Counted from the first letter of the stretch, positions 37,392-48,375 are shown. The stretch is 64,000 bases of DNA from a candidate division WWE3 bacterium (GCA_013335095.1 JAAXWF010000004.1:10740-74739); one strand, 5' to 3'. A program made the numbers and translations. The notes: a model not told the origin generated them from the sequence alone.

Positions 37392-39008
37392 TTACTTAAA
37401 TTTTGATAATAGCTGATCGATCGTTTGCCAAAACCGCAGTTGGTTTTCGGATTTATTTGTTCTCGTACCAAGTACCGAATCTGCTCGTGTTGTTTCTTCT
37501 AATGAATACTTAGTCTTCCATCGTTCAAAATCAGAAAAAGATGCGGGTGTTAACCCTTCATCCGATAAATACACAAATAATGGATGATCGGCCTCAGAAG
37601 AAGCTTGAAGAATTCCAACCACCAGTGCTGTTTGTCCATTATCACTCCGTAAATAAATGTAATCGATTCCATAAGGTGAACTTGGAATTTGTCCCAATTG
37701 AGAACTGTCGACCAACTTATTCAACGTGGTGGGATACGATCCATTATCGACATAGTACATATCGAGTGCCCGGGCGATTTGTGCGATATCGCTTTTTACT
37801 TGAGTATCCTGGACATTATCGTACTGGGCCGCTAGTGAATCTTCGACGACGGATTGGAACGGAATAGATCCCGACGGTGCGGTGATAGCAGTATCAGCTT
37901 TCCATTCAGACCATGACGAGGCAACGTCAAACTCAATTGTCACTGATTGAGGCAACGCAACCTGTGTATCAACAGAAGTGAAGTCTTGGCTAACTTTAAT
38001 AACTTCACTATCAGTAACGGTCGTGTTAACTGCAGTATGATATCCCAACAGAGTGAAGTCTTTAGAATCTGTCCAGAGCTCAAAAGTAACTCGATCAATC
38101 AACTTAAGAGAGTCATTTAAACTAGTCTTTGCCTGTTCAATCTCAGCCGCAGATGGAGCATACATTGAGGTATCGGACTCGGATGCTATAGCATATAAAA
38201 GATCAAAGATGCCATCACTTGCATTTGTTAGTTCAGGCCCCGATCGATCAATGACAAGATGGTAGGCCGACTTACCGTCTTTTTCAACGACACCACGATA
38301 CTCTATTAATCCAAGAATCTCGGGTCTACTCAAAAACTCTAGACCTTTTTGGTAGAACAGATCAGACTGGGTCTGATTTTGTAATAGTGCTGCCTCGTCA
38401 ATAAAAACATAATCTTCAAAAGGAATTGAATACCATTGTTTAGTAAAATCTTGATCCCCGATAAAAGCCATTAGCTGTTCTGGCATCGTTTCTATACGAA
38501 AGTATGCTGAATTATCGACTATTCGAAATTCCCCGGACAAATCTACATTCCCGATGTCAGGAGAAGCAAGGGTAAATGAAAGAGATTGTTGGAGCTTTGG
38601 CGCTTTAAGGTCAGAGAAATCTATAGGTCCGGCAATTGAAAACTGTAAAGTACCATTACTTACCCCGAGCTGGGTATCACCTACTGTTGAAACTTTTGCC
38701 GACATCCGCGCATCCTGAATTACTTTTGTTAAATTGATTTTATTTTGCGACATTCCAATCAAGATCTGTTCGGTATTTTTAGGAAGCGGTGTTTGTAATA
38801 ACATATCATTAACGGTGCGTCTCATTGTAGAAGGGACGAATTGGAAGGACTGAGGAAAGTATGCTGCACCAATCGGTATAGCAACTAAACCAGCAAAAAT
38901 AAAAAAGACAAATACAAGAATAAAGACCCATCGGAATCGAACGGGCGATTTAGGCTGAACAAGAGTAAGTGGTGAATCTGCCGATATTACTGGAGGCTGG
39001 GCTTCCAT
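37392..39008 (-). CDS. membrane-anchored hypothetical exported protein
   Basis: 538 aa with an N-terminal TM (VFILVFVFFIFAGLVAIPIG). Confidence 0.5.
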   Translation of the reverse strand: MEAQPPVISADSPLTLVQPKSPVRFRWVFILVFVFFIFAGLVAIPIGAAYFPQSFQFVPSTMRRTVNDMLLQTPLPKNTEQILIGMSQNKINLTKVIQDARMSAKVSTVGDTQLGVSNGTLQFSIAGPIDFSDLKAPKLQQSLSFTLASPDIGNVDLSGEFRIVDNSAYFRIETMPEQLMAFIGDQDFTKQWYSIPFEDYVFIDEAALLQNQTQSDLFYQKGLEFLSRPEILGLIEYRGVVEKDGKSAYHLVIDRSGPELTNASDGIFDLLYAIASESDTSMYAPSAAEIEQAKTSLNDSLKLIDRVTFELWTDSKDFTLLGYHTAVNTTVTDSEVIKVSQDFTSVDTQVALPQSVTIEFDVASSWSEWKADTAITAPSGSIPFQSVVEDSLAAQYDNVQDTQVKSDIAQIARALDMYYVDNGSYPTTLNKLVDSSQLGQIPSSPYGIDYIYLRSDNGQTALVVGILQASSEADHPLFVYLSDEGLTPASFSDFERWKTKYSLEETTRADSVLGTRTNKSENQLRFWQTIDQLLSKFK

Positions 39009-39095
39009 TATTTAACTATACCAAAAGCAGATCAATGCAACAAATTAATACTCAATCTCTTATCTTTTTTCTTCATAATCAGCTATAATCAGTTC

Positions 39096-39779
39096 ATGCT
39101 GCATTCAATCTTATTGGTTGAAGACGACAAGGGATTACAGAAGTATTTAGCTGAATTACTTCTGGAACAAAATTTTTCAGTCGATGTAGCGAGTAGTGGT
39201 GCAAAAGCATTAAGCCTGATCGAAGCGAAACGCCCTGACATTGTAATACTAGACCTAGGTTTACCAGATATCAGCGGTGAAACGATCTGTACGGAGATTC
39301 GTAAACATCACCCAGACACCCCAATTATTATCTTAACCGCCAGAGATGCCGTTGCGGATGTTGTTCAAGGATTAAACCTTGGCGCTGATGACTACATTAC
39401 TAAACCGTTTAGTGCCGATGAGTTAGTAGCTCGAATTAATGCCCGATTACGTCAAATAGATACGACCGACCAGACTCTCCAAGTAGGTGATTTAACCCTA
39501 AATACTGAAACCCATGAAGTTTCCAGACACGATAAAAAGATCGATCTAACCCCACAAGAGTTTAAATTACTCCACTACCTAATGAGTAATAAGAATAGAA
39601 TTTTAAGTCGAGAGATGATTCTAAATCGCTTATGGGCATATGCTCCCGACATAGAAACACGCGTAGTCGATGTCTATATCGGATATCTACGCAAAAAAAT
39701 AGATCAAGACCATCCGAACCCACTCATCCAATCGGTACGCGGATTTGGTTATATGATAAAAGACAAATCGAATTCATAA
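39096..39779 (+). CDS. OmpR-family response regulator (receiver + winged-helix)
   Basis: LLVEDD...DIVILDLGLPD and a C-terminal LTPQEFKLLHYLM...VDVYIGYLRKK. Confidence 0.85.
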   Translation: MLHSILLVEDDKGLQKYLAELLLEQNFSVDVASSGAKALSLIEAKRPDIVILDLGLPDISGETICTEIRKHHPDTPIIILTARDAVADVVQGLNLGADDYITKPFSADELVARINARLRQIDTTDQTLQVGDLTLNTETHEVSRHDKKIDLTPQEFKLLHYLMSNKNRILSREMILNRLWAYAPDIETRVVDVYIGYLRKKIDQDHPNPLIQSVRGFGYMIKDKSNS

Positions 39780-39818
39780 TAATCATACATAGTTGATAAA
39801 AATTATCTGTTCAAGAAA

Positions 39819-40163
39819 ATGAATAGACCCAATACACACACAATTCAAGCAACGTATGTAAAAAATCTTACTCAAAAAATTAAAGGACTGATCGGTGCAC
39901 AGAAACCCGTTGCGCTTTACTTTAAAACCCGCTGGGGAATCCACACTTTTGGACTTAAATTTGCCATAGATATTGTTATTCTCGATACAAATAACACTGT
40001 TGTGCACATGTTTCATAACGTACCACAACAACGAATAATATTTTGGAATCCACTTTTTAATACTGTTTTAGAACTACCTGAAGGCACTATTTATAACAAT
40101 CGCATACAAAAAGGTGACACAATTATTTTAAAAGCAATAGACGACGAGCCGTCGGATAAATAG
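39819..40163 (+). CDS. DUF192-family protein
   Basis: GLIGAQKPVALYFKTRWGIHTFGLKFAIDIVILD pattern. Confidence 0.5.
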   Translation: MNRPNTHTIQATYVKNLTQKIKGLIGAQKPVALYFKTRWGIHTFGLKFAIDIVILDTNNTVVHMFHNVPQQRIIFWNPLFNTVLELPEGTIYNNRIQKGDTIILKAIDDEPSDK

Positions 40164-40827
40164 CTTCAGCAATTAGTTTATGCCCTGCGGATGAAGGATA
40201 AAGGCCATCGGCAGTAACATATTCTGAATCAGCCATAAATAGAGCCAGTTTAGAGATATCAACAGAAGCAATTGAAAGTCTCCCAGATTCTTCAATAATT
40301 ATTTGATTAAATGTCTGAACGAGTGTCGAAGAATCTTGTTTATCTAACGATTCATTTCGGATAGGAAGAATTGATAAATCAGGAATAGTAATGACAATAA
40401 TACGATTAGTAGGCACGATTGAGGTTAAAGACGATAAGGTTAGTTGCATTTTTTCGCGGAAAGATTCTGCTGAAACATTTTGTATTAAATCGTTCGCACC
40501 AATTTGAAGAGTAATAAATTCAGGATTTGATGCAGACAACTTTGGAACAATAGATTCAATAACTTCTGTAGATGTTGTGTTTGAATTCCCCAGAACCTTT
40601 TCTAAATGGATATCAACAGACCGCTTGCGTAAATAATCAGTCAAAAGCTCTGGCCATGAGCTACCATCATGTAGTCCTTCTCCGATCGAGTATCCATCAC
40701 CTATCGCAACGTATCGAATAGATGTTGCAGTGGTGGGCATTGATTTGGGGCCTGGTTCAGTAGAAAACCAGCTTACCCACCCATAACCCAATAATCCGAC
40801 TATTAAAATAAATAAAAAATAACGCAT
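40123..40827 (-). CDS. SGNH/GDSL-like hydrolase with N-terminal TM
   Basis: YVAIGDGYSIGEG (block I) and LQIGANDL (block III). Confidence 0.6.
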   Translation of the reverse strand: MRYFLFILIVGLLGYGWVSWFSTEPGPKSMPTTATSIRYVAIGDGYSIGEGLHDGSSWPELLTDYLRKRSVDIHLEKVLGNSNTTSTEVIESIVPKLSASNPEFITLQIGANDLIQNVSAESFREKMQLTLSSLTSIVPTNRIIVITIPDLSILPIRNESLDKQDSSTLVQTFNQIIIEESGRLSIASVDISKLALFMADSEYVTADGLYPSSAGHKLIAEAIYPTARRLLLLK

Positions 40828-40860
40828 ATATAATTCATTAGCACATTATACAAACGATTT

Positions 40861-41226
40861 TTATGGATGACTCAGTCGAGTTACCAAACTAATTAAATCA
40901 TCGATACCGAAAGGTTTAATTAGGTACGAATCTGCCCCAGCTTCTTCAGCAATTTTTTCGACTTCGTAATCAGGGTACGCCGATAATATTATAACCGGAA
41001 TATGAGCCGTAGACTCGTTGATTTTAATAGACTTACAGATTGCTTTACCATGACGTCCACGCAGTGAAATATCCAGTAGAACTAAGTCAGGCAAATCATC
41101 ATGAGTGCTTTCAAAATAGCTACCAATTGAGTCGGTTTCGACCCCAAAGCCCTCATGCCTAAGGATAAGGCTAATAGCGTCTAAAATTGCCTCATTATCG
41201 TCAATAATTAATATTTTTTTATTCAT
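40861..41226 (-). CDS. single-domain response regulator (CheY-like receiver)
   Basis: KILIIDDNEAIL...DLVLLDISL...KPF. Confidence 0.8.
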   Translation of the reverse strand: MNKKILIIDDNEAILDAISLILRHEGFGVETDSIGSYFESTHDDLPDLVLLDISLRGRHGKAICKSIKINESTAHIPVIILSAYPDYEVEKIAEEAGADSYLIKPFGIDDLISLVTRLSHP

Positions 41227-41365
41227 ACAATCGCAAGAGAGTAATCACCCAGTCAACACATTTAATGTATTCTTTTGAAAATGCAATTTCTTTATACTGA
41301 TCTTTTCTAGAATGATCGCAAGAGCGAGGCGTCGCCCCGCTCTCGGGACCACACATAACAATGAA

Positions 41366-41935
41366 CTACTCTTCTTTTGAACTACCCTTTAATGCTGATT
41401 CAACTAAATCACGTGGAAGAGCAGCAGCTGATAATAATGCATCGCGAACTATAGATAAACTCTGCCCACCGACTTCATTTGCGGCGTTTACAACCCCTAC
41501 GACAGCAGAGCGAACGGCTTCAGCCGTATTAGTCCCGGCTGAACCAGCAGCACCAATAGCCCCTTCGACTGCACCAACTGCGACCTGCCCTAAATCTTGT
41601 CCAATCTGAGCAGCTCCACGGACTGCACCACTGGCTGCTTTCTGAGTAGCCACCAAAACATCTCCACCGACTTCGGAAACGCCGGTAACAGCACTACTTA
41701 CTGAATTTTGAGCCACTTCAGTAATCGAAGATCCGACTTCACCAACACTTTGAACCGCTCCACTCACGATATCTGAAACAGAATCGAGACCAGTATTGCC
41801 TATCTCTGTCGTATCCTTCATGACACCGGTAACTTGATTTTTCACAGCTCCGCGAAGTGCCGATAAAACATCGTCGGTTCCCTGAATTGCAGCGACGATC
41901 GCATTTTTTGTTTCGTTGATTAAATACGTTAACAT
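41366..41935 (-). CDS. Ala/Gly/Val/Ser-rich repetitive protein
   Basis: Degenerate ~11-aa repeats (AVxxVGEVGxx, VxGAxxxAxxG) across 189 aa. Confidence 0.45.
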   Translation of the reverse strand: MLTYLINETKNAIVAAIQGTDDVLSALRGAVKNQVTGVMKDTTEIGNTGLDSVSDIVSGAVQSVGEVGSSITEVAQNSVSSAVTGVSEVGGDVLVATQKAASGAVRGAAQIGQDLGQVAVGAVEGAIGAAGSAGTNTAEAVRSAVVGVVNAANEVGGQSLSIVRDALLSAAALPRDLVESALKGSSKEE

Positions 41936-42025
41936 ATGCGTATCACCCCCTTTGCTACACCACCCTATATAGCGTGTGTAATTTTAGTGTAGCACGAATA
42001 TTTATTTGTAAAAATGTTCAATGAA

Positions 42026-42541
42026 CTAGAATTTGAAAATCTGAGAGCACGTTAATCGTAGCGGTAAAGAAAAGAGTTGTTCTTGGTCTGAATATTTAAT
42101 ACGCAGTTCTTCGAATGAAAACCATTGGGGAGTATGTTGTTCATAATTCATCACAATCTCACCCATTTGAGGCTGATATCGCAACTCATACACTTGAAAT
42201 CGTTCCTTCTCATCACGTGTCGGGTAGGTATGTTTTAACCAATACGACCCGATCTCTTTAAAGTTATCATCCTCGGTTTTCAGTCCTAATTCTTCCCAAA
42301 CCTCTCGGACAGCGCATGCTATGTAGGATTCCCCCGCTATCACATGGCCACCAGCAGAATGAAATAAATGCCCTGATTCGACCTTGTGCTGTGAAGCAGT
42401 GGGTATTAGATATTTACCGTCAGGGCGCTTTAAAAGGACTGCACTGACTCGATGTTGCAAACCCTCTAAATGGGCATTATCCCTTAGTTCATGAGCAATG
42501 ACACTATTATTTTCATCAATGATATCAACCATTTCATTCAT
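42026..42541 (-). CDS. NUDIX hydrolase
   Basis: Nudix box GGHVIAGESYIACAVREVWEELGL. Confidence 0.7.
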   Translation of the reverse strand: MNEMVDIIDENNSVIAHELRDNAHLEGLQHRVSAVLLKRPDGKYLIPTASQHKVESGHLFHSAGGHVIAGESYIACAVREVWEELGLKTEDDNFKEIGSYWLKHTYPTRDEKERFQVYELRYQPQMGEIVMNYEQHTPQWFSFEELRIKYSDQEQLFSLPLRLTCSQIFKF

Positions 42542-42643
42542 ACGCCTTATTATACGTTATGCCGAATCTGACAAATTTTTCATATGCTGAGGTCCTTCAA
42601 AATGTATCCCGCTACTAAAAAGTAAACATGGTATGATCCTTAT

Positions 42644-43312
42644 ATGTTCCCGATCAAAGATAGTCGATCATCTGGGATTATTCCGTTTATTACATACGCA
42701 ATAATTGCGATTAATTTACTTGTATTAATACTCGAATACACGACGATTGACATCGATGGATTTGTAAATAAGTGGGCATTAATACCAGATGCAATTAATT
42801 TTAATGACATAACTACGTTAACTCCACTGGTTACTTCATTATTTTTACATGCGAACGTGATTCATTTCTTATCAAACATGTGGTTTCTACAAATTTTCGG
42901 AGATAATGTAGAAGGAGACCTTGGTTGGTTTAAGTATGCCCTGTTTTATCTTGCCGGAGGCGTTATTGCGACGATGGCACAGCTTGTGTTTACCTCTGAT
43001 GGTGATACCGTTATCCTGGGAGCAAGCGGCGCGGTTGCCGCAGTACTAGGCTACTACTTCATCCGATTTCCTCACCATACGGTCAAGACACTCGTAACAG
43101 TATTCTTTATTTTTTTCATTGATTTGCCATCCACGATAGTCCTAGGTGCTTGGTTCATTATTCAATTACTTAGTGGAATTAGTACCGCATCAGGTAGTGA
43201 AGGAATCGCCTGGTGGGCACATATTGGTGGCTTTATTTTTGGTGTGCTCATCGCTAAATTATCTTCGGGTAAAACTGAACGTAATAACTTTATAGATAGC
43301 AGGGATTATTGA
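42644..43312 (+). CDS. rhomboid-family intramembrane serine protease
   Basis: GASGAVAAVLGYY (GxSG) and AHIGGFIFG (catalytic His), about 6 TM helices. Confidence 0.75.
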   Translation: MFPIKDSRSSGIIPFITYAIIAINLLVLILEYTTIDIDGFVNKWALIPDAINFNDITTLTPLVTSLFLHANVIHFLSNMWFLQIFGDNVEGDLGWFKYALFYLAGGVIATMAQLVFTSDGDTVILGASGAVAAVLGYYFIRFPHHTVKTLVTVFFIFFIDLPSTIVLGAWFIIQLLSGISTASGSEGIAWWAHIGGFIFGVLIAKLSSGKTERNNFIDSRDY

Positions 43313-43995
43313 TGGATTTCGACACTCCCAAAAGTAGCAGTACCTCGCACCGTAATAGTTGGACCGTCATTTGTTGCAGTCGCTGCATGATTCTCCCAAC
43401 TTCCAAGAGTTGGTGTACCAAGACTTTCGACTCGTACATTCTGCGGCATCTTAAGTTCGATTGATCCAAACGAACTATTTGCGATTATTTCTGCCCCCGC
43501 ATCGGCAATTTTGACCGAACTCAAGTCTAATTCAACCGACCCAAAGCTGGCATCGACACGTCCGCCATTAAATTGACTGCTTTCAATCTTCTTTTCAAGC
43601 GAACCAAATGATACCGACTCATTCAATGTATCTTGTTGCGATATTTTAGAAATAGTCGTGCCGACAACACCAATCGGTCGTTTTGTAATCAACATAAAAC
43701 CGGCTCCAATTAATAGAAGCGGCCAAAACAAATTCCAAACATTTACATTAAAAAGGGTTGAAGCCAAGAAGAAGAGACCAATCGTGGACAAAATTAAACC
43801 TGAGTTAGTTCGTCCCTGTTGTAATGAACGAATACCAAAGTAAATTAAGATAATGGGCCAATATGTTCCAATAATCTCTCCTAAATCAAATGAAGCGATT
43901 AGACCTAACTGTTCGGCTAAAAACAATAAACCAAAACCAACTAATAAAAGCCCTGGAAGCGATTGACGATTAACCTGCATTAAATGATTATACAC
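43306..43995 (-). CDS. membrane protein with C-terminal beta-rich (LiaF/DUF2154-like) domain
   Basis: N-terminal 3-4 TM helices. The C-terminus carries repeated FGS(V/I)EL segments. Confidence 0.4.
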   Translation of the reverse strand: MYNHLMQVNRQSLPGLLLVGFGLLFLAEQLGLIASFDLGEIIGTYWPIILIYFGIRSLQQGRTNSGLILSTIGLFFLASTLFNVNVWNLFWPLLLIGAGFMLITKRPIGVVGTTISKISQQDTLNESVSFGSLEKKIESSQFNGGRVDASFGSVELDLSSVKIADAGAEIIANSSFGSIELKMPQNVRVESLGTPTLGSWENHAATATNDGPTITVRGTATFGSVEIHQ

Positions 43996-44056
43996 AAGTT
44001 GTTAAGTGGAGTTGTACATTTTATACGATACCGTCCGATGTCAAAAAGTCCTTCTT

Positions 44057-45010
44057 TTAAGAACGAAATTGCATGACACACACAAAAAAACCTTCCATTT
44101 CTGGGCTTGGCATAATCCGCAGTCCATTTTTAACTTGAGGATCAAAGGAGGTGGATTGCCATGATGTTAAGGCAGGAACACGATTCGGTAAGTCAATATC
44201 TATGGGAACGGTCATAAGATTCGGATACGTTTTTAAGGCGAAATCTATAATTTCTTCATTTTCTTCAGGGGCAAATGTACAGGTTGAATACACCAGAGTG
44301 CCTTGTGGAGAAAGTAAGTTTACCGCCGATACCATGAGTTCTAGTTGAAGCTCATGGTGCTTTTTTATAGTCGAGGCAGACCAATACTGCATTGCATTTG
44401 GCTTACGAAAATCAATAATCCCTTCCGAGCTGCACGGTGCATCTAGTAGGATCCGATCAAATTTTCTGGAAATTGTCTCGTGTAAAAACTGCCCCGCTTG
44501 ATTAAAAATCATTTCAACGGACACGCCAGTTTGGTTGAAGTACTCCTTCATAATTCGAACTCGCTCGATCGATACTTCGTTAACCCATATATGTCCGAGG
44601 TTTCCACATAGTGCAGCGATATGAGATGTTTTGCTCCCGGGAGCAGCGCACATATCTAAAATATAATCATTTGGGCGAGGATCAAGACAAATAGGCGGAA
44701 TGAAACTCGATGCATTTTGTACAATAACTCGTCCGTCACGAAAATAATCCGACCCCGTAATATCTCGCTTATTGCCGAAAAAAGTGTATGCATGAGGACA
44801 CCAATCAATTGGTTGTAGCTCAATTCCTTCAGATTCCAATTCAGCTTTCAAGTTATCACTGTCAGGAAATACGTTATTTAAACGTAAGCTTTGGGTCCGA
44901 TTAAGATATAAAAATTGCTCGACAAATGCACGATCAGTTTTGAATATATGAGCGAGCCGGTCAAGAAACAATTCCCTCTTTTTCTTTTCATCTCGCGGTA
45001 TATTTTGCAT
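44057..45010 (-). CDS. NOL1/NOP2/Sun-family RNA m5C methyltransferase (RsmB/RsmF-like)
   Basis: DMCAAPGSKT, LLDAPCSSEG and TCTFAPEENEE. Start chosen at MQNIPRDE. Confidence 0.8.
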   Translation of the reverse strand: MQNIPRDEKKKRELFLDRLAHIFKTDRAFVEQFLYLNRTQSLRLNNVFPDSDNLKAELESEGIELQPIDWCPHAYTFFGNKRDITGSDYFRDGRVIVQNASSFIPPICLDPRPNDYILDMCAAPGSKTSHIAALCGNLGHIWVNEVSIERVRIMKEYFNQTGVSVEMIFNQAGQFLHETISRKFDRILLDAPCSSEGIIDFRKPNAMQYWSASTIKKHHELQLELMVSAVNLLSPQGTLVYSTCTFAPEENEEIIDFALKTYPNLMTVPIDIDLPNRVPALTSWQSTSFDPQVKNGLRIMPSPEMEGFFVCVMQFRS

Positions 45011-45030
45011 ACTGAGATTATATGCCTTGG

Positions 45031-45672
45031 TTACGAATTCGAAAATGACAACATCAATCCCCAAAAAAGTGCCGAACCGATAAATGATATGCCTAGAATT
45101 AACCGTCTTCGTTTACGTACTAACTCGTATATAAAAATATTAAATGATGCGATACCCAATAGATGAATTAATAAGCTCAGAACTCCCCCCCAAATATTTG
45201 TGAGATATACAGTATTGCTTATAGGCATATTACCCATTCGATCAAGAAAGATGATATCAACAAAGGGGATAATCGTATTCGATAAAAGCCACCACAGCAT
45301 GAATAAATTAGCACCCAGAGAAACCATCATCAATGAACCAATAATGTCACGCATTAACTTTGTTTGAGGTTCATCGAGATCAAGCGTAACAATTAGTAAC
45401 TGGAAAGCGATAGGAACGGCATTGATTAAATACAGACCAAAGACCGCCAATAACATTGAATAATAATTCTCCATCGACTGATCTTTCACGTAGAGAGTTA
45501 TTGCCGATGCGAGTGTACCTTCAGGATTAAACTGCAAATTCCCATAGATAAAAAGAGCGCTGAAGATTACCGTTCCGCAATTGACCCAGCGCATTATTAC
45601 ATAGTATTTATGTTTTTTACGTATAGCTACATTTGAATCAGAACGAGGTAACTCTTTATCGATATCCATCAC
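45031..45672 (-). CDS. hypothetical membrane protein
   Basis: 213 aa, multi-TM. Confidence 0.4.
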   Translation of the reverse strand: MMDIDKELPRSDSNVAIRKKHKYYVIMRWVNCGTVIFSALFIYGNLQFNPEGTLASAITLYVKDQSMENYYSMLLAVFGLYLINAVPIAFQLLIVTLDLDEPQTKLMRDIIGSLMMVSLGANLFMLWWLLSNTIIPFVDIIFLDRMGNMPISNTVYLTNIWGGVLSLLIHLLGIASFNIFIYELVRKRRRLILGISFIGSALFWGLMLSFSNS

Positions 45673-45953
45673 CCCAAGTATAGTGATTTACCATAAAATC
45701 ATAAAGTATTTAAAAGAAGCCATTAATACTATAGTTTATCTATTGACGTTATTTAATCAACGTACTATGCTTACGACAATTTATCTCCGAAGATAAAATA
45801 CCAGGACAAGGTCTAGGACCAATTTGTTCGGATGGCACATTGCCAACTCAACGCTCGAACTCTTTGAGTTCACCTCATGATACTCATGAAAGGAGGGCAA
45901 ATCGTCATTAATCTGGCGTATTAATCCCGGGCAATACAATCTGGAGGATTTCA

Positions 45954-47318
45954 ATGCAAGCCAAAAGTCCGAGTCTTACCGGGTATCTCCCCAATGATGC
46001 CCCCAACTATCCGGCCTTGTTCAGCCTGGCATTCCAGCATGTGCTGACGATGTTTCCCGCTACCGTCCTTGTCGCGATTTTGACCGGGTTTGACATCGGC
46101 GTCACGCTTTTCGCCTCAGGGCTCGCGACCGTAGTGGCACTACTGGGAAGCAAAGCAATCACTGGTAGCTACATACCACTCTACTACGGCAGCTCATTTA
46201 GCTACATCGCGGCAGTATCCGCAGTGGTCGCGTCGAATGGATCAAACGGTATACAGGTAGCCCAGGTCGGTATCATCGGCACTGCGGTGATCAACATTCT
46301 TATCGGCATTGCCGTTAGGCAAGCTGGAAAGAAGCGACTGGATGCCATATTGCCGCCGATCATCACCGGTTCAGTTTCGATAGTCATAGGCTTAGCCTTG
46401 GCTCGAACTGCGCTGGATATGTCTGCAGGCACCTGCTGCTTGGTGAATATGGACAAAGCGCCCATGGCAAGCGGTGCATGGTGGACCGTCGCAACTATTA
46501 CCCTACTGGCAACAATCCTCTTCTCCGTATATCTTCGTGGGAAGGGTTTTTGGGGTATGATCCCGGTTCTTCTAGGCGCACTGGTAGGCTATTTGGTGGC
46601 AATTCCTTTCGGGCTTGTCAACTTTGGGCCAGTATTTCAGGCACCACTGCTGCAAGTACCTCACTTCACGGTTCCGGCATTTACGAGTGCCAACGGATGG
46701 TGGGCGGTACTGGCGATTGCACCAATTGCGATCGCAACCATCCCCGAAAGCACAGCCCACCTTTACCAGATCGGTCTATATGTTGATCGGTTAGCCGACG
46801 AAGCGAAGCGACCACAGCCGCAGCTTAGCCGGTGGATCGGGGTCAATCTGGTGCTCGATGGAATCGGAGACCTAATCAATGGTCTTCTGGGCGGCTGTGC
46901 CGGAACAAATTATGGGGAAAATAATAGCCTTATGGCCATTACCCGTAATTACTCCGGTCCGGTATTACTTGGGGCGGGTGTTCTGGCGATGATCTTAAGC
47001 TTCGTTGGAACACTATCAGCCATCGTAGCCACGCTACCCACGGCTGTAACGGGTGGACTCGCGATTTATCTTTTCGGCATTATCGGACTCCAAGGAGTCG
47101 CATTGATGATGTCCGAGAAGGTCGATCTGTTTGATCCACGACAGCTTGCGATTGGGGCAGCTATCCTGGTAATTGGAATTGGCGGAAATTCCTTTGCAGG
47201 AGGTGCACTCCCATTCGGTAGCTTCAGCATCCCTGCGATTGCGACATCTGCAGTTGTAGGCATCGTACTGAACGCCATCTTCCGCCTAATGCCAAGTCCA
47301 ACCCAGACAACGGCATAG
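45954..47318 (+). CDS. nucleobase:cation symporter-2 (NCS2/NAT) family permease; GC-rich (~57%)
   Basis: FQHVLTMFPATVLV N-terminus and NAT signature GCAGTNYGENNSLMAITRNYS. Confidence 0.7.
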   Translation: MQAKSPSLTGYLPNDAPNYPALFSLAFQHVLTMFPATVLVAILTGFDIGVTLFASGLATVVALLGSKAITGSYIPLYYGSSFSYIAAVSAVVASNGSNGIQVAQVGIIGTAVINILIGIAVRQAGKKRLDAILPPIITGSVSIVIGLALARTALDMSAGTCCLVNMDKAPMASGAWWTVATITLLATILFSVYLRGKGFWGMIPVLLGALVGYLVAIPFGLVNFGPVFQAPLLQVPHFTVPAFTSANGWWAVLAIAPIAIATIPESTAHLYQIGLYVDRLADEAKRPQPQLSRWIGVNLVLDGIGDLINGLLGGCAGTNYGENNSLMAITRNYSGPVLLGAGVLAMILSFVGTLSAIVATLPTAVTGGLAIYLFGIIGLQGVALMMSEKVDLFDPRQLAIGAAILVIGIGGNSFAGGALPFGSFSIPAIATSAVVGIVLNAIFRLMPSPTQTTA

Positions 47319-47409
47319 TTGATATCGGAGATTAAGGCCTAATCACTGGCTCAAAAAGGCGGTAGGAAATATTCCCTACCGCCATATTCTCTAGCCAATC
47401 ATTGGATGA

Positions 47410-48375
47410 ATGATTATCATGAACGGGGACTATTTTATGGTTAAAAAGTCATTACGTTTGCTCCTACAAACATGTATCTACGGACTATTTGCCGTAACAA
47501 CCGCAGGATTTTTAGGCAAGTGGTTGTGGATACTGGAGCTGACTTCACATTTTCGAATGCAATACGTCTGGATCGGCATCATCCTACTTGTATATGCAAT
47601 TGCAAGTAAAAAGTACGCGTTAATAAGCTTCGCCACGGCAGCAGTATGTATTAATCTCAGCCTAATTGCCCCACTGTATATGACGAAATCAGCAATGGCG
47701 ATGCCATCGTCAACGTTGAGTATCGTATCTACCAACGTCGAATGGGGACGCGCTGATGCCAATCAATTAGGCGATTTTGCCGCCCAACATAGCGCTGACG
47801 TCATATTTATGGCTGAAGCGACGCAAGATCTTGTAAACCGGATCCAAACGCTACACCCAGAATACAGCTATGCGGTATATCACCCAATTGATAACAAATT
47901 GGGCCTGGCACTACTGAGTAAGGATAATCCGATATCCGAGGTCGAACTCATATGGCAGCAAGATGCCCATCGCCCATTACTTCGAGGCGATTTTCAAATT
48001 CATGATCAAATAATTACGATTATCGGCCTACATCCACATCCGCCAACGAATGCACGATGGGCAAATTATCGTAATACTTATTTCCATGATGTCGAAACAT
48101 ATGTCGAATCAATCCACAATCCAATCATCATGGTTGGGGATTTCAACACGACTTCATGGTCACCATATTTCACGGAGCTTGAAGATCAGACAGATCTACA
48201 TGATAGCCGAGAAGGATTTGGCCTATCTCCCAGTTGGCCAAGTTGGTTGCCACCGTTTATGCGAATACCGATCGACCATGCGTTGTTATCATCTTCACTT
48301 GTTACCCAACAACACGAAGTCGGCCCCGACGTTGGCTCCGATCACCTTCCTATCTTTATTAAAGTCGGATTATAA
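47410..48375 (+). CDS. endonuclease/exonuclease/phosphatase (EEP) family protein with N-terminal TM helices
   Basis: VGDFNTTSW, DHALLS and GSDHLP motifs. Confidence 0.65.
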   Translation: MIIMNGDYFMVKKSLRLLLQTCIYGLFAVTTAGFLGKWLWILELTSHFRMQYVWIGIILLVYAIASKKYALISFATAAVCINLSLIAPLYMTKSAMAMPSSTLSIVSTNVEWGRADANQLGDFAAQHSADVIFMAEATQDLVNRIQTLHPEYSYAVYHPIDNKLGLALLSKDNPISEVELIWQQDAHRPLLRGDFQIHDQIITIIGLHPHPPTNARWANYRNTYFHDVETYVESIHNPIIMVGDFNTTSWSPYFTELEDQTDLHDSREGFGLSPSWPSWLPPFMRIPIDHALLSSSLVTQQHEVGPDVGSDHLPIFIKVGL

